Assembly (NCBI GenBank): GCA_964609455.1
Contig: CAZSRD010000009.1
Location: 1-32,000, forward strand
DNA length: 32,000 nucleotides
Direction of reading: 5' to 3'
Source: an uncultured Methanosarcinales archaeon
GTDB taxonomy: Archaea; Nanobdellota; Nanobdellia; Woesearchaeales; JACPBV01
The notes under the pieces are model-generated. The model was not told where the DNA came from. It ran no database searches and saw only the letters and a list, made by a program, of their open reading frames with translations. A program made the translations under genes and the position numbers. Positions 8,870-16,761 of this stretch are shown here, piece by piece (the first letter of the stretch is position 1; each line of letters starts with the position of its first letter).

Positions 8870-10264
8870 TCATCTGGCCAATATTATTTGTTCACAAACA
8901 CCCCCCTTTCTATTGTACACAACATCAAAATCTGATTTTATAGAATTAAGAAAGTTTATTGCCTTTTCTTCGCATTCTTTGTCATTTTGGGGGCAGGGTA
9001 ATATATCACAGGTATCTATTAGTATATGTTTTGCTTCTTTTAGATTTTTATTTAATTCACTTATTCTTTTTGAATCAAATAAGGGGTAATATATCAGCTC
9101 ATCTGTTTTTTTGTTGGAACTAACCATAAACACAGGATTCGTTATCCAAATTCCACTATTAACTTCGTTTTTATTTAGGTAATCAGTGAATTGAGGGTAT
9201 TCTTTGTAGTTTGGGGGGGTTATGCGGCCAAAGGTTTGTGTTAAAGGAATCAATATTATTAAAGCTATAAGGGAGTAAAATACCTTTTTTCTGTGTTTCT
9301 CTAAAATTAAGGACTGTGAAATCCCATAAGCAGTTATTAAGTGCATGTAAGGAAGAAAGACAATAACAAACCTCATTTCTTTATGCGCAATTAAATTGAA
9401 AAAAAGGAAAAATAATAAGAAGATGCCCAATATTGTTATATTTTTTTCTTTTGGTCTTTTTAAAATTAGGATAATGCCCGGGATAATAAAAAGAAGAAGA
9501 AAATTCTCTCTTAACAGATTTATGAAATAAAATTGCAGCGGTTGATGGAACACCCACCCAGTATTTTTTGTCATGAATGATTGCAGTATGAATGGGAATA
9601 TTGGATTTTTGTAAAGAAAAAGATTAATTATCAGGTAAGGTATTGAGATTATTAATACCCCCATCGTTATTGTTAATAAATTTTTAAATTTCTTTTTTTC
9701 GAAGTACAACAATATTAACATAAGCGGTATTAAGACTAACAATTGCAGAAATCTTGCCATAGAACTAAAACCAATAAATATGCCTGTTGCTAAATACTTG
9801 TGTTGAATGAAAAAATAAACCCCTAATAACGAAAAGAATGTTGAGGGTATACCTGTAAGGATGGTTGAGCTATAAAACAAAAAGGTTAAACTAAATGCCA
9901 AGAAAAAAGAAGACAATAACCCCACATACTCATCAAAAACTTTTTTTCCAATAAGATATGTTAGGTGTATGCAACCTACGGCTAAAATCAATTCAATTAT
10001 CCTACCACACATTATGGGGTTTAGATTAATTTTCCAAAAGAAACCTAATATAAATGGCCAAAATAATGGTCTTGAGGCCTCCCATAACCCAATATTGCCA
10101 CCTGAGAATATATACTTCCCCATTTCTATATAAACTGCAGAATCCCAAGCCACCCCTTTTTGAGTAAATAGTTGGGTGATTTTTATCGATAAAAAAAAGA
10201 ATATAATCAAAAAAAATATGATTCTTTTTGTTTTAGGTTTCCACTGAGGTTTCATTTTTATCAT
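8870..10264 (-). CDS. Polytopic GT-C-fold glycosyltransferase (PMT_2/ArnT-like, family 39-like) with a Cys-containing C-terminal soluble domain
   Basis: The 464-aa protein has about 10 or more hydrophobic helices. The first loop is WDSAVYIEMGKYIF (a D/E-x-x-Y-type loop, as in ArnT/PMT enzymes). The C-terminal roughly 110 aa are hydrophilic (CDILPCPQNDKECEEK). The family assignment comes from topology and motif only. Confidence 0.55.
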   Translation of the reverse strand: MIKMKPQWKPKTKRIIFFLIIFFFLSIKITQLFTQKGVAWDSAVYIEMGKYIFSGGNIGLWEASRPLFWPFILGFFWKINLNPIMCGRIIELILAVGCIHLTYLIGKKVFDEYVGLLSSFFLAFSLTFLFYSSTILTGIPSTFFSLLGVYFFIQHKYLATGIFIGFSSMARFLQLLVLIPLMLILLYFEKKKFKNLLTITMGVLIISIPYLIINLFLYKNPIFPFILQSFMTKNTGWVFHQPLQFYFINLLRENFLLLFIIPGIILILKRPKEKNITILGIFLLFFLFFNLIAHKEMRFVIVFLPYMHLITAYGISQSLILEKHRKKVFYSLIALIILIPLTQTFGRITPPNYKEYPQFTDYLNKNEVNSGIWITNPVFMVSSNKKTDELIYYPLFDSKRISELNKNLKEAKHILIDTCDILPCPQNDKECEEKAINFLNSIKSDFDVVYNRKGGVCEQIILAR

Positions 10265-11006
10265 AATACGGCTCGCAATTATTATCTTGTTTGTAATATA
10301 AACAAATTTCTTTTAATACCCCGTCTTTGTCCATAAGACCATCAAATTTTTTACCTTCTATTATGAGGGAAGGAAATTTTGTAATGTTATATGTATTTTT
10401 CAATGTAGGGATCATTGGCTCATCTTGTTGTTGTGAGTCAAAAGAGAAAATTAGAAGCTTATCTTTGAATAGCTTTTTTAGATATGTTAGGACAAACGCT
10501 TGTTTGCTGCAATCTGGGCATTCTGCATCGTTGGAATAAAAATAAAGTATTGTTGATATTTCCTTTTTGCAAAGATCTTTTGTTCTTCTAGCCAGCAGCC
10601 AGTATCTAACCTGAGCCAGGGCATACTCCCTTTTTAGTAAGTTGAAATCTTCCTTGCTTAATCTTGAATTTTGATCAAATTCCTCTAACCTTTTTCTTGT
10701 CGATTCTAAATTTTGGATGTTGTTCTCAAAAGTATTAGATATAGCTGCACAGTTTTCTTCCTTGCTTAATTGATCTACAAAAGAATATTGAAGCTGTAAG
10801 CTATTATATTCAAGATTTTGTTCTCTACTTACGGATTCTATATACATTGCTCTCTTACCCTCTATAACCAGGCCAAGCAATAATCCAAAAAGAAAAATGC
10901 CTATTGTAATAATCGCAGCTATTATGTATTTTTCAGTGCTTACGTTTCTTATTTTTACCACCTTTGTTTTTTCCCTATTATCATGTCTGTTATTATCCCA
11001 ATCCAC
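10233..11006 (-). CDS. Membrane-anchored thioredoxin-fold-like protein with a CPDC redox motif (candidate extracytoplasmic thiol:disulfide oxidoreductase)
   Basis: There is one N-terminal TM helix (YIIAAIITIGIFLFGLLLGLVI), then a coiled-coil-like spacer. Next comes YFYSNDAECPDCSKQ ... about 45 aa ... KFPSLIIEG, the CxxC-to-cis-Pro spacing typical of thioredoxin folds. The ATG at 11006 overlaps the GT2 gene by 52 nt. An in-frame GTG at 10961 is an alternative start. Confidence 0.45.
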   Translation of the reverse strand: MDWDNNRHDNREKTKVVKIRNVSTEKYIIAAIITIGIFLFGLLLGLVIEGKRAMYIESVSREQNLEYNSLQLQYSFVDQLSKEENCAAISNTFENNIQNLESTRKRLEEFDQNSRLSKEDFNLLKREYALAQVRYWLLARRTKDLCKKEISTILYFYSNDAECPDCSKQAFVLTYLKKLFKDKLLIFSFDSQQQDEPMIPTLKNTYNITKFPSLIIEGKKFDGLMDKDGVLKEICLYYKQDNNCEPYYDKNETSVET

Positions 11007-12208
11007 ATAACACCCAAAAGCATGAAATACCCTAATAGGTATATACTAATTGAAAATATCCCGTATTTATTTACTTTTTCTTTTGTTTTGGCAGCAGACT
11101 TTACGAGTATGTAAATAGAAATCAATAACATAACAATTGCTACAAATATGCTTGTGAAATTTAAATCTAATATATTGAAGTCTATCACAAAATTTTTGAT
11201 TAAAGTCATTATATCAAAATTAACGTACCTCAAATTATTGAGATGCTTTATAGGTATCCACATATTATAGTAAAATAAAGCTCCAATTATTATTACAGCC
11301 AACAAACCAGATACTATGATCAATGGCATCTGGATAATGCCAAAATCTCCATAGTTTTTGTTCAACATCATTCTCCTATATTTAAACGCATTATATATGG
11401 ATCCCTTGTACCAGCGGTTTCTTTGCTTGTATAATTCCTTTATTGTTTTTGGCGCTATTGTACTTACCTCCCCCTCCAGGAGCTGGATTATCTTATAGTG
11501 CTTGCTTTGCAGCCTTAGGGCCATCTCTAAGTCTTCTGTTAAATTAAAATTTTCATCAAAATACCCTACTTTTTTGATTATATCTGCCCTATACACACTG
11601 AATGGGCCAGGAGCAACATGAATGCAATCTAATCTGCTCATAAGCTCTTTATAAAACATATTTATGATATATTCAAACCATTGCATTCTTTGTATAAGGT
11701 TTTTTGGTTTTTCTACTTTTAATACAGGAAGCACACAAGCTATATCTTTTTTATTAAAGTAAGGCAGGATCTTTTTTAAGGCATTTGGTTTTACAAAAGA
11801 GTCTGCATCAAGGCATATAAAGAATTCTCCTTTAGCTTGCTTTAAAGCAGAGTTTAGTGCCCTACCTTTACCCATATTTTCTTGATTTATCAACTTAATA
11901 TTGAACTTTTTATTACTTCTGATTATCTTCTCTGTTTTTTCTTTTGTCTTGTCTTTGCTTCCGTCATTAACAACAATAAACTCCATCTTATCCGGGGGGT
12001 AATCAATTTTTAATGCTGATTCCAGGGTGTTCTCAATTTTGTTTTCTTCATTGTAAGCAGGGATAGTTATAGTAACAAATGGGAATTTCCTTAGTTTTTT
12101 TGGAGTCTCTTTTGTTTTACCTTCAAATAATACAATTAACCAGAATACTACAAAGTATAGGGCAACAAGATAAACGAACCATACCATTATCCTTACAAAA
12201 GTTTCCAT
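10955..12208 (-). CDS. Membrane-integrated processive family-2 glycosyltransferase (PgaC/NodC/cellulose-synthase-like)
   Basis: It has an N-terminal TM helix, then ITIPAYNEE...VVNDGSKDKT...DADS...QRNRWYKG (GT2 D, DxD and QxxRW motifs), and C-terminal TM helices. A TATA box sits about 27 nt upstream of the ATG. Confidence 0.8.
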   Translation of the reverse strand: METFVRIMVWFVYLVALYFVVFWLIVLFEGKTKETPKKLRKFPFVTITIPAYNEENKIENTLESALKIDYPPDKMEFIVVNDGSKDKTKEKTEKIIRSNKKFNIKLINQENMGKGRALNSALKQAKGEFFICLDADSFVKPNALKKILPYFNKKDIACVLPVLKVEKPKNLIQRMQWFEYIINMFYKELMSRLDCIHVAPGPFSVYRADIIKKVGYFDENFNLTEDLEMALRLQSKHYKIIQLLEGEVSTIAPKTIKELYKQRNRWYKGSIYNAFKYRRMMLNKNYGDFGIIQMPLIIVSGLLAVIIIGALFYYNMWIPIKHLNNLRYVNFDIMTLIKNFVIDFNILDLNFTSIFVAIVMLLISIYILVKSAAKTKEKVNKYGIFSISIYLLGYFMLLGVMWIGIITDMIIGKKQRW

Positions 12209-12231
12209 ATACTACCTAAAACAAGTTTGGG

Positions 12232-12266
12232 TTATAAATTTTACCATTTTGCGACAAATTTATAAT
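12232..12266. promoter_or_regulatory. Divergent promoter pair: two opposed TATA boxes, each about 26-27 nt from its start codon (leaderless-type)
   Basis: tttataat at 12259-12266 lies 26 nt upstream of radB ATG 12289. ttataaa at 12232-12238 (tttataa on the minus strand) lies 27 nt upstream of GT2 ATG 12208. Confidence 0.55.
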
Positions 12267-12288
12267 CTAATTTGCATTCTCTTTTTTT

Positions 12289-12996
12289 ATGGAGAATAAA
12301 ATACCTACAGGGAGTAAAATTCTAGATAGGATGTTACAAGGCGGCTACGAAAAGGATATAATCACCACAATATATGGGCCTGCTGGCTCTGGCAAGACCG
12401 TTCTTTGCATACTTTGCGCTGTTAACATGGCAAGAAACAATAAAAAAGTTATATATATAGATACAGAGAATAATTTCTCGGTTGAAAGATTAAAACAGAT
12501 TGCGAAATTTGATTATAATAAAATACTCTACAATATGGTCTTTTTGAATCCTACTTCTTTTGAAGAACAAAAAAACTCATTCAGTAAATTAAGGGGTGCA
12601 GTGGACAAAAATATTGGGTTAATAGTTGTAGACACCATAGCTATGCTTTATAGGTTAGAAATAGGAAAAAGCGAGAACATTTATGATGTTAATAGGGAGC
12701 TTGGAAGGCAAATATCCTATCTTAATGAGATTGCACGGAAAAAGCATATTCCTATTTTATTGACCAACCAAGTGTATGCTGATTTTGAGAACAAACAGAA
12801 GGTAAACATGGTTGGAGGGGATTTGTTAAGATACAGCTCTAAATGCCTTCTTGAGCTGCAGATAACCCCTGCTGGCAATAGAAAATGCATACTTAGAAAA
12901 CACAGGTCAATAGAGCAGGAGAAGGAGATAATTTTTAAGATTGTTGAAGGGGGGATAATAGGAACTAAGGAACTAAAAGGACTTAGATTATTCTGA
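12289..12996 (+). CDS. radB: RadB (archaeal RadA paralog, KaiC/RecA-fold ATPase)
   Basis: It is 235 aa with no N-terminal HhH domain. Walker A is IYGPAGSGKTVL and Walker B-like is GLIVVDTIA. Size and layout are typical of RadB. Confidence 0.8.
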   Translation: MENKIPTGSKILDRMLQGGYEKDIITTIYGPAGSGKTVLCILCAVNMARNNKKVIYIDTENNFSVERLKQIAKFDYNKILYNMVFLNPTSFEEQKNSFSKLRGAVDKNIGLIVVDTIAMLYRLEIGKSENIYDVNRELGRQISYLNEIARKKHIPILLTNQVYADFENKQKVNMVGGDLLRYSSKCLLELQITPAGNRKCILRKHRSIEQEKEIIFKIVEGGIIGTKELKGLRLF

Positions 12997-13046
12997 TTAC
13001 AAGCCTTCGGACAAACTACAAAACCTTTTTTTGGCATTTAACTAAC

Positions 13047-13271
13047 CATAAGCTTTTAGAAATATTCTATTTTTAATCCCTTATGATTTTCACTTCGTTC
13101 AACAGAAAAACAAAATTTTTCCTATCTCAAACATAGTTTGAGAAAATCATAAGGTTTTGTATAAAATCCAAAACCTTATGCTTCTCACCGTGTTCGAATC
13201 ATAAGGTTTTAGAAACTTCGTTTCTAATCCCTTATGTTTCTCATTACATTCGAACCATAAGGTTTTTAAAC
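13047..13271 (+). repeat. Tandem array of about 3.5 hairpin-plus-linker units (about 52-57 bp each) built on the inverted heptamer CATAAGG/CCTTATG
   Basis: Hairpin A is 13047-13085 (CATAAGc...cCTTATG). Hairpin B is 13148-13180 (11-bp stem CATAAGGTTTT/AAAACCTTATG). Hairpin C is 13200-13236 (7-bp outer stem plus 8-bp inner stem TTAGAAAC/GTTTCTAA). The partial unit D is 13256-13271. The conserved 18-19-nt linkers are attttcacttcgttcaac, cttctcaccgtgttcgaat and tttctcattacattcgaac. A 44-nt insert (13104-13147) carries its own 8-bp hairpin tctcaaac-ata-gtttgaga. Confidence 0.8.
13257..13270 (+). promoter_or_regulatory. Promoter of the carboxyltransferase operon: ATAAGG element fused to TATA box TTTTTAAA
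   Basis: ATAAGGTTTTTAAA has its TATA centre about 26-27 nt upstream of GTG 13293. It is identical in layout to the accC, fabZ and plsC promoters. Confidence 0.5.
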
Positions 13272-13292
13272 AGCGCTTTATTTACATGGGCT

Positions 13293-14843
13293 GTGAACAA
13301 TATGGGCGGTAATGGTAAAATTAAGGAGTTTAACAAGAGAAAAGAAGAGTTTGAGTTAGACAAAGATTTAATCAAAAAACAGCATGAAAAGGGCAAGTTA
13401 ACAGCTGAAGAAAGGATTAATCTATTGATGGATGAGGGTTCTTTTACTGAGATTGATGAATTTGTTGAATTGAAGAGCCATGACTTTGATTTGCAGGGTA
13501 AGAAAAGAGCAAGGGATGGTGTAATCGTGGGATATGGCACTATAAACAAAAAGAGAGTTTGTGTTTATGCACAGGATTTTACTTTTATAGGCGGGTCAAT
13601 GGGGGAGATGCATAATAAGAAAATCTCTAAAATCATGGATTTTGCATTAAAAACCGGCTGCCCTTTAATAGGCTTATTTGATTCTGGCGGGGCTAGAATC
13701 CAAGAGGGAATAAACGGGTTAGATGGCGGAGGTAATATTTTTAAGATGAATACCCATTGTTCTGGAGTTATTCCCCAAATCTCTGCTATTTTAGGCCCAT
13801 GCGCCGGAATCGCAGTATATAGCCCCGCTTTGACTGATTTTGTTTTTATGGTTGGCAAAACCAGCTATATGTTCATTACTGGGCCTGATGTTGTTAAGAG
13901 TGTAACTGGGGAAAAGGTTGATTTTATAGGATTAGGCGGAGCCAATATCCATAATAAGAAAAGCGGTGTTGCTCATTTCTTTGCGAATAATGAGAAGGAA
14001 TGTATATTAAAGATAAAACAATTGTTGAGTTATTTACCCCAAAATAATTTAGATAATCCTACTTTAATCGACATGGGCGACTCTCCAGATAGATTGAATA
14101 ATAGTTTAAAGGATATTGTACCCAATGATGCAAAGAAAAGTTATGATATAATAGATGTAATAAACGAAGTTGTAGATAAGAACTCTTTTTTTGAAGTACA
14201 CTCAGATTATGCTCAGAACTGTGTTGTTGGTTTTGCAAGGCTGAATAGAAACGTTATAGGCGTGGTTGCAAATCAACCAAAGGTTTTGGCTGGGTGTTTG
14301 GACATAAACAGCTCAGATAAAATCTCTAGATTTGTAAGGTTCTCTGATGCATTTAACATTCCTTTGGTAAATTTTGTTGATGTTACTGGGTACTTGCCGG
14401 GTACGGAACAGGAATATGGCGGCGTTATTAGGCATGGCGCCAAAATACTTTTCGCATATTCAGAAGCTACTGTTCCTAAAGTTAGTTTGGTTCTTAGAAA
14501 GGCTTATGGTGGCGCGTATATAGCTTTAGTTAGCAAGGAGATGGGTTATGATTATGTTTTGGCTTGGCCAATGGCAGAAATTGCTGTAATGGGCGCTGAG
14601 CAAGCGGTTAAAATACTAAACAAGAAAGACATGAAGTCAAAAAATTGGGAAAAGATAAACCAAGAAAAAGTTAGGGAATTTTCTGATAAGTTTCTTAACC
14701 CATATGTAGCTGCTAAGGAAGGAAGGGTAGACAAGGTTATTGACCCAAAAGAAACAAGAATACAGTTGATTAGCGCTTTAGAAATGTTAATGAATAAAAG
14801 AGAGAGAAGACCTTCTAAAAAACACGGAAATATTCCTTTGTGA
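13293..14843 (+). CDS. pccB: Acyl-CoA carboxylase carboxyltransferase subunit (PccB / methylmalonyl-CoA decarboxylase-alpha family)
   Basis: The 516-aa protein has family hallmarks: KQHEKGKLTAEERINLLMDEGSFTEIDEF, AQDFTFIGGSMGE, and a second CT half VANQPKVLAGCLD...RKAYGGAYIA. The track start is GTG 13293. ATG 13302 is also possible. Confidence 0.9.
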   Translation: MNNMGGNGKIKEFNKRKEEFELDKDLIKKQHEKGKLTAEERINLLMDEGSFTEIDEFVELKSHDFDLQGKKRARDGVIVGYGTINKKRVCVYAQDFTFIGGSMGEMHNKKISKIMDFALKTGCPLIGLFDSGGARIQEGINGLDGGGNIFKMNTHCSGVIPQISAILGPCAGIAVYSPALTDFVFMVGKTSYMFITGPDVVKSVTGEKVDFIGLGGANIHNKKSGVAHFFANNEKECILKIKQLLSYLPQNNLDNPTLIDMGDSPDRLNNSLKDIVPNDAKKSYDIIDVINEVVDKNSFFEVHSDYAQNCVVGFARLNRNVIGVVANQPKVLAGCLDINSSDKISRFVRFSDAFNIPLVNFVDVTGYLPGTEQEYGGVIRHGAKILFAYSEATVPKVSLVLRKAYGGAYIALVSKEMGYDYVLAWPMAEIAVMGAEQAVKILNKKDMKSKNWEKINQEKVREFSDKFLNPYVAAKEGRVDKVIDPKETRIQLISALEMLMNKRERRPSKKHGNIPL

Positions 14844-15232
14844 AAATGCAAGATTTAAAGGTAAAAATTGATGGAAAGGAGTATAGTGTTAAGGTTGAAG
14901 AATTAGATTCTGGAAAACTTAAAGTATATTTTAATGGAGAAACTTTTGAGGTAGAAACAAAATCAGATATTAGTGATAAATTATTTCAAGGAATTGATGG
15001 TGGAAGGTTGGACAAGGAGAAGGGCACAATTTTGGCGCCCTTGCCAGGAATTATTTTTTCTGTTGATGTTAAGGTTGGTGATATTGTTAAGAAAGGAAAG
15101 AAATTAATTAGTTTGGTTGCAATGAAAATGGAGAATGAGATTGGCGCTAATGTGGATGGCAAGGTTAAGGAGATTAAAGTCAAGAAAGGGGATATTGTTA
15201 ACAAAGGAGATTTGCTAGTTGTTATTGAGTAA
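14840..15232 (+). CDS. accB: Biotin carboxyl carrier protein (biotinyl/lipoyl domain)
   Basis: The C-terminus is LAPLPGIIFSVDVKVGDIVKKGKKLISLVAMKMENEI, carrying the AMKM biotinyl-lysine motif. The start overlaps the upstream stop (GTGA at 14840-14843), with an alternative ATG at 14846. Confidence 0.9.
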   Translation: MKMQDLKVKIDGKEYSVKVEELDSGKLKVYFNGETFEVETKSDISDKLFQGIDGGRLDKEKGTILAPLPGIIFSVDVKVGDIVKKGKKLISLVAMKMENEIGANVDGKVKEIKVKKGDIVNKGDLLVVIE

Positions 15233-15234
15233 TT

Positions 15235-15378
15235 CTAAGAGGCTTCTAGTTCGTTCCATCTAAACTCTCTTAACTTAACGCCCCTTTTTCTTAGGTGGGT
15301 TGTAATCTCTTTGGTAAGTTCCTGCATATTTTCTGATTCTAATAGGTAAGCTAATTCTTCCAGCTCTTCAATATTCAT
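15235..15378 (-). CDS. 47-aa acidic helical micro-protein, unknown function
   Basis: My preferred start is ATG 15378 (MNIEELEELAYLLESENMQELTKEITTHLRKRGVKLREFRWNELEAS). It forms an ATGA overlap with the stop of the upstream small membrane ORF. The longer track version would overlap that ORF in another frame. Confidence 0.4.
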   Translation of the reverse strand: MNIEELEELAYLLESENMQELTKEITTHLRKRGVKLREFRWNELEAS

Positions 15379-15614
15379 TTTTCTTTCTCCCCTGATGTTT
15401 TTCCAAACAAAATACCTGCCAAAACATTTAAAGCCCAAGCTTGAAAAACATTAATCCTTAATGCTGGAAAATTTTTGAATACAAAGTTCCATAACCACAT
15501 TACTGGGAAAGCCAAGATTAAGCCGACTAATGCAGATAACAAAATGATGAGAAACATAGTGTAGCCCACTTCAAAGATTCTCTTCAACAGTGGTGTATTG
15601 TCTAAAAACCCCAT
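15375..15614 (-). CDS. 79-aa two-TM micro-membrane protein, unknown function
   Basis: My preferred start is ATG 15614 (MGFLDN...), preceded by ttGAGG. The two hydrophobic helices are YTMFLIILLSALVGLILAFPVMWLW and VFQAWALNVLAGILFG. A TATA-like tttataaa on the minus strand lies about 32 nt upstream. Confidence 0.45.
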   Translation of the reverse strand: MGFLDNTPLLKRIFEVGYTMFLIILLSALVGLILAFPVMWLWNFVFKNFPALRINVFQAWALNVLAGILFGKTSGEKEK

Positions 15615-15714
15615 CCTCAATAATCTGGTAATGTTTTTTAATTTATAAAGTTTATTGAAAATAATTATTTTCAAAACCAATATTTTTTAAAGGAGAATAT
15701 ATTAACTTTTTATT

Positions 15715-16104
15715 ATGAAGCATATAACCCAGCATAGGGTAAGGTATTCAGATACAGATCATTTTGGGGTAGTTTACTATGCTAGATACTTAGATTGGTT
15801 TGAAGCTGGTAGAACAGAGATATTAAGGGTAAATGGGATAACCTATTCTGAGCTAGAGACAAAAGGCATGTTTGCCCCTGTTGTTGAAGTTAAGGTAACT
15901 TATAAGAAACCAGCGAGATATGACGATATTGTTGAATTGGAGACAACTATAAATAGTATAGGGAATTCGAGTGTAAAGTTTAGCTATAAAGCATATAATC
16001 AGAAGAAGGAATTGTTGTTGGAGGCATATACGGTTAATGTTTTTATTAACAAAGAGATGAAGCCTGTAAGGGTTCCTGATGAAATTAGAAAGGTTTTAGA
16101 GTGA
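15715..16104 (+). CDS. Acyl-CoA thioesterase, 4HBT/YbgC hotdog family
   Basis: The 129-aa protein begins HRVRYSDTDHFGVVYYARYLDWFEAGRTE, the YbgC-type catalytic Asp motif. TTTTTAAA lies about 27 nt upstream of the ATG. Confidence 0.8.
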   Translation: MKHITQHRVRYSDTDHFGVVYYARYLDWFEAGRTEILRVNGITYSELETKGMFAPVVEVKVTYKKPARYDDIVELETTINSIGNSSVKFSYKAYNQKKELLLEAYTVNVFINKEMKPVRVPDEIRKVLE

Positions 16105-16761
16105 ATTTATTATAATATCTCCTTCCCTAACTTGGATTTTGTTTCCGTTTTTATCTTTTAAAATCAAAAAACAATCTTTGTCAATATCATAGGCTATACC
16201 TTTATAGGCCCCGTTTAGTGTTTTGACTTTAACTTGAGAGCCTAAGAAAGAGTTCCTTTTCCAATCACGGATTATTTTAGATTGTTTGCTTTTTAGGTAA
16301 GATTCAAAATTTTTTAATAACACTTTAATTACTTTTTCATTGTTTATCCCTTTCTTTTTTATATATTTTAATGAAATAGCTTTGTTTTTTAATGAAAATG
16401 GTATTTCATTATTGGTGTTTATGCCAATACCAACTATTGCTTTTTTTTCTTTAAGTTCTGTTAATATCCCACATACTTTCTTTTTTCCATAGATTAAGTC
16501 GTTTGGCCATTTAATCCTTATTTTTTTTATATTCAGCGCTTTTTTAGCAGAGAGAGCTGCTATGAATGTATAAAATTGAGGTTTTGTTGTTTTGGGTAAA
16601 ACCAAGGATAAATAGATTCCTCCTTTTGAAGATTTCCAATTGCGTTTGAACCTGCCTTTACCTTTAATTTGTTCATCAGCTATAATCACAGAATTAATCC
16701 CAAAGAATTTAGCTTTAGTGTTAGTAGAGTTTAATCTCTTAAAATGATATATTTTAAACAT
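16096..16761 (-). CDS. birA: Biotin-[acyl-CoA carboxylase] ligase, group I (no HTH domain)
   Basis: QIKGKGRFKRNWKSSKGGIYLSLVL matches the GRGRxxRxWxSxxG biotin-binding loop, and KWPNDL is present. There is a small C-terminal SH3-like domain. The start overlaps the accC stop by 8 nt. The 3' end overlaps the convergent thioesterase gene by 9 nt. Confidence 0.85.
   Translation of the reverse strand: MFKIYHFKRLNSTNTKAKFFGINSVIIADEQIKGKGRFKRNWKSSKGGIYLSLVLPKTTKPQFYTFIAALSAKKALNIKKIRIKWPNDLIYGKKKVCGILTELKEKKAIVGIGINTNNEIPFSLKNKAISLKYIKKKGINNEKVIKVLLKNFESYLKSKQSKIIRDWKRNSFLGSQVKVKTLNGAYKGIAYDIDKDCFLILKDKNGNKIQVREGDIIINSL

Noticed and set aside
8838-9089. A plus-strand 83-aa ORF overlapping the 3' part of the GT-C glycosyltransferase gene.
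   Set aside because: It lies entirely antisense to a 464-aa polytopic membrane protein gene. It has no start context and a low-complexity product.
13188-13200. gtgttcgaatc resembles a tRNA T-arm (GTTCGAATC), which raised the idea of a tRNA or split-tRNA half.
   Set aside because: The flanks cannot form a T-stem (ccgtg versus cataa). No acceptor or anticodon arms can be built. The same TTCGAA core recurs simply as part of the repeat linker.
13047-13271. The hairpin array as a CRISPR locus.
   Set aside because: There are only about 3.5 units. The inter-hairpin segments are conserved rather than unique, the hairpin interiors vary, the unit sizes are too small, and no cas genes are nearby.
13293-15232. 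Reading the CT plus BCCP pair as a Na+-pumping methylmalonyl-CoA/oxaloacetate decarboxylase.
   Set aside because: No polytopic beta (pump) subunit is present. An ATP-grasp biotin carboxylase and BirA are encoded 1.5 kb away, which favours an ATP-dependent carboxylase. Substrate specificity (acetyl- versus propionyl-CoA) cannot be decided from sequence by eye.
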